A DNA stretch of 64,000 nucleotides from an uncultured Pseudomonadales bacterium (GCA_964430265.1 CAYSEI010000001.1:61574-125573); one strand, 5' to 3'; shown: positions 9,426 through 18,295, counted from the stretch's first letter. The notes: generated by a model not told the origin, from the letters alone. Numbers and translations are program-made.

Positions 9426-12251
9426 TTGATATATAATGAATTTATGGCGCAAAAATACTCTGCAAAGCAGGTTCTGATTGGCCTTATTATTGCTATTACC
9501 TTCAGTTTGATGCTTCTGCTTGTAGCAGGAGACAGTCAAAAAAATGCCCAAATTGTTCAGGCAGAGGACAATTCATTTACAACAAAAAATGCTCCTTTTA
9601 TAGCTACGTTTGCAAGTGTTGATGACCCGCAAAAAATATCTTTTAAAAAAGAAAATTCAGCAATTTCATTTAAAATACCTGACAAGAGTGTAAAATGGGC
9701 AAAAAAAGGAGACAAGCTAGAAGCAGAGGCAGAAAACGGGAAGACCTATTCATATACGCTTTTAAAAACAGAAAAAGGCACAGCTACTGGTTTAAAAGAA
9801 GAAATAGTTTTAAAAAAACCAATAGAACAAAATGTTTTTGCATTTGATATTGATTTTTCTTTATTAAAAGCAAAAAAGGAAAACAATCTTTGGCACTTTT
9901 ACAACTCAGAAGGGAAAGCCCTTTTCTATATCCCCAAACCTTTTATGGAGGATGCAAACGGGGAAAGAAGTGAAAATATAAAAATAGATATTACACAAGA
10001 TAAGCTAAAAATTACTGCAGATAAAGAATGGCTTTTATCAACGGACAGAAAATATCCAGTCACAATTGATCCGACTTTTAAGCTGACAATCCTCACAGTT
10101 CATTCCCATCCCCAGTCAGGAGATAACTGGGTAGTGGATTTTGAAACTCATGGTAAAGCAGACCTTAAAATAATTCCTGATGATCAGGCAACAATTGAGG
10201 ATATTGATTTTGTTTCCCTTAAATGCGGAAGCAAAAAAATGAATCCAGAGATATTACAAAATGATGTTATTTCCTACAAAAACTGGGAATGTAATCAAAC
10301 AGCGACAGTAACACATCTTGTTAATACAGCAGATCCACATACTCTTAAATTTGATTTTGGTGGAGAAATAAACTATGCCTACAATGCACCAGGAAGTACA
10401 ACATATACTTTTACCGGTGTAACTCAATCAACAAATGACTATTATGCCTATGAAGATTACGGAGCAACAGTATTTTCAAACCAGGATGATACAGGGACAA
10501 GTGAAGCAAGCAATACAGATTATGACAACATAGAGGCAGATGATGGAAATAGATGGGTGACAGAAGAAGCAACAAGTGATGGTGATTATGATTCCCAGCT
10601 ATATAAATTTTATATTGATGAAACAGAATCAACAGTATCCCAGCTTGATTTAAAATGGAACGGCTACGGAGAAACAGAGACAGGATATTCCACCTATTTT
10701 TACATCTGGGATTACAACTCTTCTAACTGGGAACAGCTTGACTCCAATGACTTTACAGCAGCTACTGATGCCGATTTAACCGGAACAATTGATAGCAGTG
10801 TAGGCAATTATATTGACATTGAAGGAGAAGTGACGCTGATGGCAAAAACGGAAAAAGTAGTTCCTTGTCCTGAATTTACAGACTGTACATGCGCTGGTAC
10901 AAGTTATGAGACGGTAAACTGTAGTAATGGAGATACTATCTATGTTGACTGTAATGCAGATAAATGTTGGGCACCAACGCCTTCAGGCTTGTATTCTTAC
11001 GATGACGCAATGGATTATTGCGATAACCTGGATCACGGTGGTATTTCTAATTGGGTCCTTCCAGATAAAGATACTTTAGCCAATCTTTGTAATTCAGATT
11101 CTTGTTCTAGTTACTGTTTTGGAGGAGATGGTTACGACGGTGGTTATTTATCTTCAGATATTAATGGATTACAGATCAATACTGTTTTTTTTGATGGTTG
11201 TATTGAGTATACACAAACAGATCCTTACTTTATTCGCTGTGTCAAGGTTTCAAATTCGCTTTATACTGACTACGTAGAACTCAAAGTCACCTACACTAAA
11301 GATAGTGGGGAAACATGTGAGGCGGATAGTGACTGTACTTCCGGAAACTGTGTTGATGGTTACTGCTGTGATACGGCTTGCGACGGCATCTGTGAAGCTT
11401 GTGATATTTCCGGATCTGAAGGCACTTGTACAAATATAGCAGAGGATACTGATCCGGACAATGAATGTGATTTAAGTTGTGCTAATGGCTGTGCAGACCA
11501 GACAGGGGATTGTAATGGCTCTGGTGCTTGTAAAAAAACATATTGTGCTGAAGGTCAGGCATGTTCAAGCGGCAGCTGTGGAACAGGCAACTATTGCAAT
11601 AGCGGCAACCAGGCATATTGTTCTTGTGAAGGTGCAGGTTGTTATAATGACGGCGGATTTGATTATGTCTGCCAGGGGCAGTGTGACGCTTCAGGCAATT
11701 GTACATACTCTGCAAATTGTTCAACACCGGATGAGGTGCCAAACAAGGTAGGCTTTTCCGGAGGAGTGGGCTTGGAAAATGTGGGATTGGATTATGATAT
11801 GCCTGAACCTTGTGCTGACACTACGATTGATAATTGTTTCTGTGATGGAACGGGATATTGTGAGATTACAGCATCAGGCGATACTGTCTATGTTGACTGC
11901 AACGCAGATAAATGTTGGACACCAACTGCTAGTTCCACTTATACTTGGTCGTCAAACTATAGTGAAGGCAATTGTGTTGGTCAAGGTAGCGATTATGAGG
12001 CCTGTCACTACTGTGATACTTTGTCCTACGGTGGTAAGGATGATTGGTTTCTACCAGGCAGAGATACCTTAGGGGATCTCTGTGATTCTGGTGCCTGTGA
12101 AGGAACTTGTTTCGGTGGTGATGGATTCAGCGAGAGATATTGGTGTTCTCAGGATTGGGATCTTATAGAAGCTGGCGTTGTAGATTTTTCTGGTTGTTTA
12201 CGTCAGACCGACGATAAGCACAACGACAACTATGTGCGTTGCGTCCGCTAG
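9426..12251 (+). CDS. Secreted cysteine-rich giant protein with two copies of a DUF1566-like (Lcl C-terminal-like) module
   Basis: The 941-aa ORF has an N-terminal signal/anchor (LIGLIIAITFSLMLLLVAG) and a Cys-rich linker (CTSGNCVDGYCCDTACDGICEAC...). A module with YVDCNADKCW...W(V/F)LP..DTL..LC...CFGGDG...RCV motifs occurs twice. Confidence 0.65.
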   Translation: MIYNEFMAQKYSAKQVLIGLIIAITFSLMLLLVAGDSQKNAQIVQAEDNSFTTKNAPFIATFASVDDPQKISFKKENSAISFKIPDKSVKWAKKGDKLEAEAENGKTYSYTLLKTEKGTATGLKEEIVLKKPIEQNVFAFDIDFSLLKAKKENNLWHFYNSEGKALFYIPKPFMEDANGERSENIKIDITQDKLKITADKEWLLSTDRKYPVTIDPTFKLTILTVHSHPQSGDNWVVDFETHGKADLKIIPDDQATIEDIDFVSLKCGSKKMNPEILQNDVISYKNWECNQTATVTHLVNTADPHTLKFDFGGEINYAYNAPGSTTYTFTGVTQSTNDYYAYEDYGATVFSNQDDTGTSEASNTDYDNIEADDGNRWVTEEATSDGDYDSQLYKFYIDETESTVSQLDLKWNGYGETETGYSTYFYIWDYNSSNWEQLDSNDFTAATDADLTGTIDSSVGNYIDIEGEVTLMAKTEKVVPCPEFTDCTCAGTSYETVNCSNGDTIYVDCNADKCWAPTPSGLYSYDDAMDYCDNLDHGGISNWVLPDKDTLANLCNSDSCSSYCFGGDGYDGGYLSSDINGLQINTVFFDGCIEYTQTDPYFIRCVKVSNSLYTDYVELKVTYTKDSGETCEADSDCTSGNCVDGYCCDTACDGICEACDISGSEGTCTNIAEDTDPDNECDLSCANGCADQTGDCNGSGACKKTYCAEGQACSSGSCGTGNYCNSGNQAYCSCEGAGCYNDGGFDYVCQGQCDASGNCTYSANCSTPDEVPNKVGFSGGVGLENVGLDYDMPEPCADTTIDNCFCDGTGYCEITASGDTVYVDCNADKCWTPTASSTYTWSSNYSEGNCVGQGSDYEACHYCDTLSYGGKDDWFLPGRDTLGDLCDSGACEGTCFGGDGFSERYWCSQDWDLIEAGVVDFSGCLRQTDDKHNDNYVRCVR
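10857..12250 (+). repeat. Intragenic duplication (copy 1 about 10857-11250, copy 2 about 11798-12250)
   Basis: One nucleotide stretch is nearly identical in both copies: gatact(a/g)tctatgttgactg(t/c)aa(t/c)gcagataaatgttgg. The protein-level similarity extends about 130 aa. Confidence 0.7.
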
Positions 12252-12293
12252 GAGAAAAAACTAGAATTTAATTATTTAAAAAATTTAGAATTT

Positions 12294-12315
12294 CCCGCCG
12301 ATAGGCGGGATTTTT
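12294..12315 (+). terminator. Intrinsic terminator downstream of the 941-aa gene
   Basis: A cccgcc-gata-ggcggg hairpin is followed by atttttt. Confidence 0.7.
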
Positions 12316-12547
12316 CATTTCCTCCGCCTTTGGCGGAGCGCTTGCAAATTTTTATTTTAAATTTATATTCAGCACTTTTAAATAAGGGTTGTTAATGAAT
12401 ACACATTTATTCTTCATTGACAAAAATAGGGGAATGATATTAAATAAAATCATGATGAATCCGACCCATCTTTCTTTTTTTATTTGTAAGCAAAATAAAA
12501 GCAGGGGGGTTGGTTGTTGAAGAATTGCCCAAATTAAGAAAACAACG

Positions 12548-12571
12548 GCCTCCTGAAAAGGAGGCTTTTTT
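12548..12571 (+). terminator. Second intrinsic terminator-like hairpin in the noncoding gap
   Basis: A gcctcct-gaaa-aggaggc stem-loop is followed by tttttt. Confidence 0.6.
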
Positions 12572-12982
12572 AGTCTAAGAAACAAAAAATGGAAACAGAA
12601 GCATACAAACCACCAGAAAATATACAAAATAAAGAGAATGAAAAACAGTTGAATAATTATTATCATGCACACTTGTTTAATAATACAGTTGGGCTGACAA
12701 GTTCAAGCAAACTGTTTTTAGAACAGGCTGCGCGCGCCTATCAAGAAAAGAGAAAGTAATTTGTCTTGAAACTTCTGATGGTATTGTCAAAATTTAAACT
12801 GACCGAATTTATACAGATACAGTCACTTATTGACTAAATTACAAAAAATCTGAATTCAAATTAATTAATAAAAATAATTACTTAACTTTGTTTTTTGAAC
12901 TTTTTTAGTAATTAATATCTATATACAAGTTTATACTTTGATATATAGGTTTATAATACAGTTGATAGTTTTTGAGGTATTA

Positions 12983-13726
12983 TTATATTTCCAGTTCTTC
13001 TAGGTTTAGTTTAATTCCCGGTGATTGGGTAGAGGTGATGGTTGCTTTTTTAATATTATGCTTTTTTATACCTTCAATTGCTGCTTTAAGGTTTTCCAAA
13101 AGCTTTTTTTTCTTAAATGAATTTTTACCGATTGCTAAATGGATAATGGGAGCTTTTCTTTCAGTGCGGAAGTGGATTTCTCCGCTTTCCACTTTCTTTT
13201 TTAGTTCCTCAGGTTTTTCTGTGATTGTATTGTTTTTGGGGTTGGGCATTAAACCTCTTGGTCCCAGGATTGGTCCCAGTTTGGCAACTTTTGGCATCAT
13301 TTTAGGAGTAGCTATAAGGACATCAAAATCTATTTTTTCAGTTTTTTCAATCTTTTTTATGAGTTTTTCATCTGCAATTGCAACTTTCCTTTTTTTACCG
13401 CTTCCGTGGGGTAAATTTATGGTGCCATTTAGATTTTCTTTGCGGGTGTTGATGTGCAGTTCAACTGTTTCATCAATATTGCTGTTTGAAATGTCTATTA
13501 AAAGTTCAATAGCTTTTTTTGGAGAGTACTGTTTAGTGCGAATAACTTTTTTACTGATTTTTCTGTACCTTTTGGAGTGAGCTGGACCTTTGTCTTTTTT
13601 TTCTTCTTTTTTATCTGTTTCTTCTTTTACTTGAGTTTTTTTATCCTCAGTCTTTTTATCTTTAGCTTCTTCTTTTTTTTCCTGTTCTTCTGCTAGATCA
13701 ATTTTTTGTACTTTTTTTTGTCCCAT
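12983..13726 (-). CDS. rplA: 50S ribosomal protein L1 with an N-terminal K/E-rich extension of about 50 aa
   Basis: The 247-aa ORF contains ...LIATPKMMPKVAKLGPILGPRGLMPNPK...GEIHFRTERKAPIIHLAIGK, which is typical of L1. Confidence 0.9.
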   Translation of the reverse strand: MGQKKVQKIDLAEEQEKKEEAKDKKTEDKKTQVKEETDKKEEKKDKGPAHSKRYRKISKKVIRTKQYSPKKAIELLIDISNSNIDETVELHINTRKENLNGTINLPHGSGKKRKVAIADEKLIKKIEKTEKIDFDVLIATPKMMPKVAKLGPILGPRGLMPNPKNNTITEKPEELKKKVESGEIHFRTERKAPIIHLAIGKNSFKKKKLLENLKAAIEGIKKHNIKKATITSTQSPGIKLNLEELEI

Positions 13727-14145
13727 TATTTTACCCCAATTCCCATACTTCTGGCTGTGCCTTTAATAATTTTTTTTGCGTTTTCCATGTCTTTGGCATT
13801 TAAATCTTCCATTTTTTCTTTGGCAATTTCTTCAATTTGTTCCTCACTTATTGTTCCTGCCTGCTCTCTGCCGGGTTTTTCACTGCCTTTTTCTAGATTA
13901 ATCTTTTGTTTGATGTATTCAGATACAGGAGGTTTTCTTAGTTCCATATCAAAAGAACGGTCCTGGTAGATAGTAAGAATACAGGGGATAACTCCGCTTT
14001 TATCAGCAGTCATCTTATTGTATTCACTACAAAACTGGCCAATGTTCACACCGTGCTGTCCCAGAACTGGGCCAATAGGAGGGGCAGGGTTTGCTTTTCC
14101 TGCTTCCAAATTCAACTTTAGTTTTCTTTTTATTTTCTTTGCCAT
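13726..14145 (-). CDS. rplK: 50S ribosomal protein L11
   Basis: The ORF begins MAKKIKRKLKLNLEAGKANPAPPIGPVLGQHGVNIGQFCSEYN, the classic L11 N-terminal domain. Confidence 0.9.
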   Translation of the reverse strand: MAKKIKRKLKLNLEAGKANPAPPIGPVLGQHGVNIGQFCSEYNKMTADKSGVIPCILTIYQDRSFDMELRKPPVSEYIKQKINLEKGSEKPGREQAGTISEEQIEEIAKEKMEDLNAKDMENAKKIIKGTARSMGIGVK

Positions 14146-14223
14146 AACAAGAGTATATTTTAACAGAAAAAAGTCTCTTATAAAAGGGGAATTATTTTTA
14201 CTTTATAATTTAAGTCCTGTTTT

Positions 14224-14478
14224 TTATTTATCTTCAAGATAAATTTCCCAGAAATTCTTAGACATTGGGCTTAAGTTATATTCCGAGAGATTGTTTTTAA
14301 CCTCTTTTTTGTTGACTTTTTTAAACAGCCATTTGATTGACTTTGAGTCTCCTTTATCCAATATTTTTTCGATGATGTATTTTTTGTTTTCGTTCCAGTT
14401 TAACTGGGATAAGTTATCGCCCCAGAAGTATTTTTGCACAGATTTAGGGAGTTTTGCTTTCATACATATATTATACAA
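14224..14478 (-). CDS. Hypothetical 84-aa protein inserted between nusG and rplK
   Basis: The ORF looks protein-like (KYFWGDNLSQLNWNENKKYIIEKILDKGDSKSIKWLFKK). A TGTATAAT extended -10-like element lies just upstream, which suggests a leaderless transcript. Confidence 0.45.
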   Translation of the reverse strand: MYNICMKAKLPKSVQKYFWGDNLSQLNWNENKKYIIEKILDKGDSKSIKWLFKKVNKKEVKNNLSEYNLSPMSKNFWEIYLEDK

Positions 14479-14540
14479 TTTTTAGCAGAATATTTCATTT
14501 ATAAACAGAAGCTAAAAACGTTGGATTATAAGCTGGGGTG

Positions 14541-15233
14541 TTAGATTTTGCTTACCTGAAGAAAATCCAGTTCAACAGGTGTTTCTCTGCCAAATATGGA
14601 GACCAGAACTCTGATCTTGCCTTTTTCTTCATCAATTTTGTCAACTGTTCCCAAAAAGTCTGCAAAAGGACCTTCAGTAATCTTGACTGCTTCACCTTCT
14701 GAGAATTTTGTTTTGTATTTGGGCGCTTCCATCTTGGAAAATTTCAAAATGGTTTCCACTTCTTCTTTGGGAAGGGGAGTGGGTTTGTTTTCTGCGCCGA
14801 CAAAAGTGGTTACCCCCGGAGTGGTTCTGACTGTCAGCCAGGCATCATCATTTAAAACCATCTTCACTATAATATATCCGGGAAAGATTTTTTCTGCGAC
14901 TTCTTTTTTCTTGCCTCTCTGGATTTTAATTTTATTCTGGGTGGGAACAAGAATTTCTAAAACATTGTTTTGCAATCCCATAGTTTCCACTCTTTGTTTG
15001 AGTGCCAGGGCAACTTTTTGCTCCCTTCCGGAGTAGGTGTGGACCACATACCAACGGGAGCCCTCTTGATCTTCGTCATTGATTACCAGGTGGTTGGAAC
15101 TGCCCAGTTTGGGTTCTTCCTCTTCAGAAGCAGCTTCTTTTTTTTCTTTTGCTTCTTTAGAAGGAGTTTCCTTTTTAACAGGTTTTTTGATTTTTTCTTC
15201 CTGGTTTTGCTTTTCTTCTTGTTTTTTGTTCAT
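14541..15233 (-). CDS. nusG: Transcription termination/antitermination factor NusG with an N-terminal K/E-rich extension
   Basis: The N-terminal domain reads WYVVHTYSGREQKV...FPGYIIVKM and the KOW domain reads FSEGEAVKITEGPFADFLGTVDKIDEEKGKIRVLVSIFGRETPVELDF. Confidence 0.9.
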   Translation of the reverse strand: MNKKQEEKQNQEEKIKKPVKKETPSKEAKEKKEAASEEEEPKLGSSNHLVINDEDQEGSRWYVVHTYSGREQKVALALKQRVETMGLQNNVLEILVPTQNKIKIQRGKKKEVAEKIFPGYIIVKMVLNDDAWLTVRTTPGVTTFVGAENKPTPLPKEEVETILKFSKMEAPKYKTKFSEGEAVKITEGPFADFLGTVDKIDEEKGKIRVLVSIFGRETPVELDFLQVSKI

Positions 15234-15409
15234 ATAATTGTGATTAATAAATTAAGCAATCTTTTAAAGATAATGTCAAGTACTGTCATGATTCCGGCTA
15301 CGCCTGCACTGACAACAATAACAGTGATTGTCATTCGGATGATTTCTTGTTTACCAGGCCAGGAGACTTTGTTAAGTTCTCTTCTAACCTCTTTTAAGTA
15401 CTGAATCAT
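15230..15409 (-). CDS. secE: Preprotein translocase subunit SecE; 59 aa, absent from the ORF track
   Basis: Own translation gives MIQYLKEVRRELNKVSWPGKQEIIRMTITVIVVSAGVAGIMTVLDIIFKRLLNLLITII. The stop codon overlaps the nusG start (ATGA) in classic secE-nusG synteny. Confidence 0.85.
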   Translation of the reverse strand: MIQYLKEVRRELNKVSWPGKQEIIRMTITVIVVSAGVAGIMTVLDIIFKRLLNLLITII

Positions 15410-15512
15410 ACGAAGTTAATTTTAACACAAACCTCTTTTTTTGACAAACAAATTAAAAACTTCTATACTTTTGGTGTGTCTTATTATTAAATATGCACAA
15501 AGGAGACTCTAT

Positions 15513-16403
15513 ATGAAAATCACCAAAGCGGTTATTGCAGTTGCAGGCTATGGAACCAGATTTTTACCCGCTACTAAGAACCAGCCTAAAGAAATGCTTC
15601 CGATAATTGACAAGCCGATTGTTCAATATTTAGTAGAGGAGGCAGTTGAATCGGGAATTGAGGACATTATTCTAGTTACCCGGGTTGGCCAGACCTCTTT
15701 GGAAAACCACTTTGATACCAACATGGAACTAGAAATCCAGCTGAAAAGAGCTAACAAAATGGACCGCTTGGAAAAAGTGCAAAAAATCTACAAGATGGCA
15801 AATTATGTATATATCAGGCAGGGAAGACATCTTCCTTATGGAAACGGAACTCCGCTTCTTTGTGTTAAAAACCTGATTAGGGAAAATGAGCCTTTTGTAT
15901 ATATGTTTGGCGACGACTTGGTCCTGCATGAAAACGGCAGTCCTTGTGTTAAACAGTTAATGGATGTCTATTACCAGCATGAACCTGCTTCAATGATTGC
16001 TGTACAGGAAGTTCCGGACGAGGAAGTGGAAAGATACGGAACAGTTAATTACAAACAAGGCACAAAGATAAACCAGATAACCGATATCCAGGAAAAGCTT
16101 CCTTTAGGTGAAGCTCCTTCAAACATGGCACAATTCGGCCGCTTTATTTTAACTCCTAAAGTGATCCATATTTTGCAGAGTTTTTATAAGAATGAAAACT
16201 TTGGCAAGGACGGAGAACTTTGGTTGACCGATGCTTTAAACAAGCTGGCAAAGGAAGATACAGTTATTGCTCAGCCAATTAAAGGCAAATGGATGACAAC
16301 CGGTGATCCGCTGCGTTTTATGAAAGCAGCAGTGGAATATGCACTGATAAGAGATGATATTGGTCCGGAATTTAAAGAATATCTTAAAAGCTTGAATCTG
16401 TAA
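15513..16403 (+). CDS. galU: UTP--glucose-1-phosphate uridylyltransferase
   Basis: The ORF begins MKITKAVIAVAGYGTRFLPATKNQPKEMLPIIDKP. An AAGGAG Shine-Dalgarno sequence lies 8 nt upstream of this Met. The ORF track begins 72 nt earlier, at 15441. Confidence 0.85.
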   Translation: MKITKAVIAVAGYGTRFLPATKNQPKEMLPIIDKPIVQYLVEEAVESGIEDIILVTRVGQTSLENHFDTNMELEIQLKRANKMDRLEKVQKIYKMANYVYIRQGRHLPYGNGTPLLCVKNLIRENEPFVYMFGDDLVLHENGSPCVKQLMDVYYQHEPASMIAVQEVPDEEVERYGTVNYKQGTKINQITDIQEKLPLGEAPSNMAQFGRFILTPKVIHILQSFYKNENFGKDGELWLTDALNKLAKEDTVIAQPIKGKWMTTGDPLRFMKAAVEYALIRDDIGPEFKEYLKSLNL

Positions 16404-16411
16404 AAAATATA

Positions 16412-16705
16412 TTGGTGGAAACAGAAAGAATAGGACAGGCACCATCTTCAGAAATAATTTCTAATGGTCGTTGTGTGGAAGATAAGGCTTTGGATAATGT
16501 CTTTCAGGAAAGATTAAGAGAGGCAGTTGATCCGATAGCAGAAAGCATAATTATGGATTTAATTGATAATATGCCGGAGGAGGAAAGGACAAAGATTGTT
16601 AGGAAAGCAAAAAGGCTAAGAAGTTTGGGAATTAAGGGAAACAGGGAACAGGTTTTAAGAATGGCACATAGAAAATACTGGGAAGAAAAACAAAATGAAA
16701 GTTGA
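16412..16705 (+). CDS. Hypothetical small charged protein (97 aa)
   Basis: The ORF starts 8 nt after the galU stop and is purine-rich in the coding strand. No domain was recognised. Confidence 0.4.
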   Translation: MVETERIGQAPSSEIISNGRCVEDKALDNVFQERLREAVDPIAESIIMDLIDNMPEEERTKIVRKAKRLRSLGIKGNREQVLRMAHRKYWEEKQNES

Positions 16706-16970
16706 AAGATCAGATAGAAAACATTCTTCTTCAAGCAGATCAGAATACCGAACTATAGAAAATGATTTTGAATTATCAGGACAAAGTGTATTAATGGAAC
16801 TAGGGGAGGAATTAAATATAGAAATATCTATTCCGGATAATCCTGATGCTAAAAAGTGGGTGGAGAATAGGACAAGAGAAATAGTTGAACAATTTAGGGA
16901 AACAGGGGAAGAAATTGAAAAGCGTGCACAAAGACTGGCGCGTATTGAATGGATTAAAAAAGAAAATTAA
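16695..16970 (+). CDS. Hypothetical small acidic protein (91 aa)
   Basis: It overlaps the preceding ORF by 11 nt in the +1 frame. No domain was recognised. Confidence 0.4.
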   Translation: MKVERSDRKHSSSSRSEYRTIENDFELSGQSVLMELGEELNIEISIPDNPDAKKWVENRTREIVEQFRETGEEIEKRAQRLARIEWIKKEN

Positions 16971-16972
16971 GT

Positions 16973-18295
16973 TTACTGGTTTTTAGTTTTTTTCCAAAAA
17001 TTGCTTTGTCTGCAGAGCAAAGCATCCGCTTTTTTGGGGTTATTCATAATTTTTTTAACAACAATTTCTAAGAAAATGGTGTTTTGTGAGCCCTTAACAA
17101 GGATCAGATCATTTTTTTGGATATTCTTTTTGACAAATTCTGCTGCTTTGGATGGTGATAAAAATGTATGAATCTTTTCTTTGTTAAAACCTTTTTTAAC
17201 AGCTTCATTATAAAAGTATTTTTTCATTAAGGGACCGACTAAAATAATTTCATCAGCAATTTTGACTGCTTTTCTTGCAGCTTTTATGTGTTCTGTTTCT
17301 GCTTGTTCTCCCAGCTCGCGCATGTCTCCCAGAACTGCAACTTTTCTATTTTTAAACTGTTTAAGCGTATCAAGCATGCCTAAAAGCGGCTGCAAAGAAG
17401 AATTGTATGATGAATCAATTATTATAGAATTATTGATTCCTTGTATCAGAGTAGCTCTTCCCGGCGGAAGCTCCCAATTGCTTTGCAAATTTTTGGCAGT
17501 CTGCTTTTTTGATAATCCAATGTGTGTAGTAACTGTAAAGACAATTTCCAATGAAGAAAGATAGTATTTGGGTAGGGCATAACTGGGAAAATTGAGTGTT
17601 TGGTCCATAATTTCTACTTGTGTTCCTTTTTTTGTCACCTTAATTTGTCCACTATTATTATCCATATCAAATGATATCATTTCTGCTTTAATATGTTTTT
17701 TTATCTTGTCCAAGTAAAAAAAGTCTTTAGGGTAGACTGCCAATCCGTTTTCAGGGGCGGAAACAAGTATTTTGCTTTTTTGTTTGGCTATAGCATTTAC
17801 AAGAATTTTTTGTTTTTTATCTGGTGGAAGATTTTTTTGTTGTTTATTAAGAATTTTTTCAAACTGCATGGTGTGAACAGGGTAGACATTTAAAAGGATT
17901 GCAATGTCAGGTTTAACAATGGAAAGCAGATAGTCCATGTTTTTGGGTGGATAAGGGTCATCAATTCCATATTCAATAATTAAATACTCCGTATTTTTTA
18001 AATAGAAGAGACCAAAAGGCGCTTTAAGTGCTAGTAAAAGCCAGTTTTTAAGTGAATAAGTGTTTACTTTAACACCCAGGATTCCAAAAGGGATGCCGGT
18101 TTCGGAATTACCCTTTTTTATTGTTTTGGTTCTAAACGAGGGGGAAATTGCAGAGTAAAGCATATCCCTTAAAGAGCTTTTTCCGGCTGAGCCGGTAACA
18201 CCGATGATTTGTACTTTATTAATTTTTAAAGCTAATTTGGATAATAAGCGGATGTAAAATAAAAATGGCCAGCGCAGGATATTTTTAAAACTCAT
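16973..18295 (-). CDS. murF: Mur ligase family protein, most similar to UDP-MurNAc-tripeptide--D-Ala-D-Ala ligase MurF
   Basis: It has an IIGVTGSAGKSS P-loop and a C-terminal DSSYNSS...VAVLGDMRELGEQ block like MurF. Confidence 0.7.
   Translation of the reverse strand: MSFKNILRWPFLFYIRLLSKLALKINKVQIIGVTGSAGKSSLRDMLYSAISPSFRTKTIKKGNSETGIPFGILGVKVNTYSLKNWLLLALKAPFGLFYLKNTEYLIIEYGIDDPYPPKNMDYLLSIVKPDIAILLNVYPVHTMQFEKILNKQQKNLPPDKKQKILVNAIAKQKSKILVSAPENGLAVYPKDFFYLDKIKKHIKAEMISFDMDNNSGQIKVTKKGTQVEIMDQTLNFPSYALPKYYLSSLEIVFTVTTHIGLSKKQTAKNLQSNWELPPGRATLIQGINNSIIIDSSYNSSLQPLLGMLDTLKQFKNRKVAVLGDMRELGEQAETEHIKAARKAVKIADEIILVGPLMKKYFYNEAVKKGFNKEKIHTFLSPSKAAEFVKKNIQKNDLILVKGSQNTIFLEIVVKKIMNNPKKADALLCRQSNFWKKTKNQ

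Noticed and set aside
10857-12250. Diversity-generating retroelement (template/variable repeat) in the duplicated Cys-rich module
   Set aside because: The two copies differ by mixed substitutions (A-to-G, T-to-C, G-to-A), not adenine-specific ones. No reverse transcriptase gene is nearby. It is an ordinary intragenic domain duplication.
12352-12672. 106-aa minus-strand ORF in the rplA-downstream gap
   Set aside because: It is extremely low-complexity (poly-I/L/F) and is the translation of AT-rich noncoding DNA. Terminator hairpins lie inside it.
12972-13580. 202-aa plus-strand ORF
   Set aside because: It is antisense to the well-supported rplA gene, with a low-complexity F/S/I-rich translation.
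15410-15512. tRNA-Trp upstream of secE, as seen in many bacteria
   Set aside because: No cloverleaf could be folded in this spacer. tRNA-Trp is found instead at 35855-35925.
16412-16970. Single gene split by a frameshift or pseudogene (the 97-aa and 91-aa ORFs)
   Set aside because: The 11-nt start/stop overlap is a common operonic arrangement. There is no slippery heptamer, and each ORF has its own ATG. They are treated as two genes.
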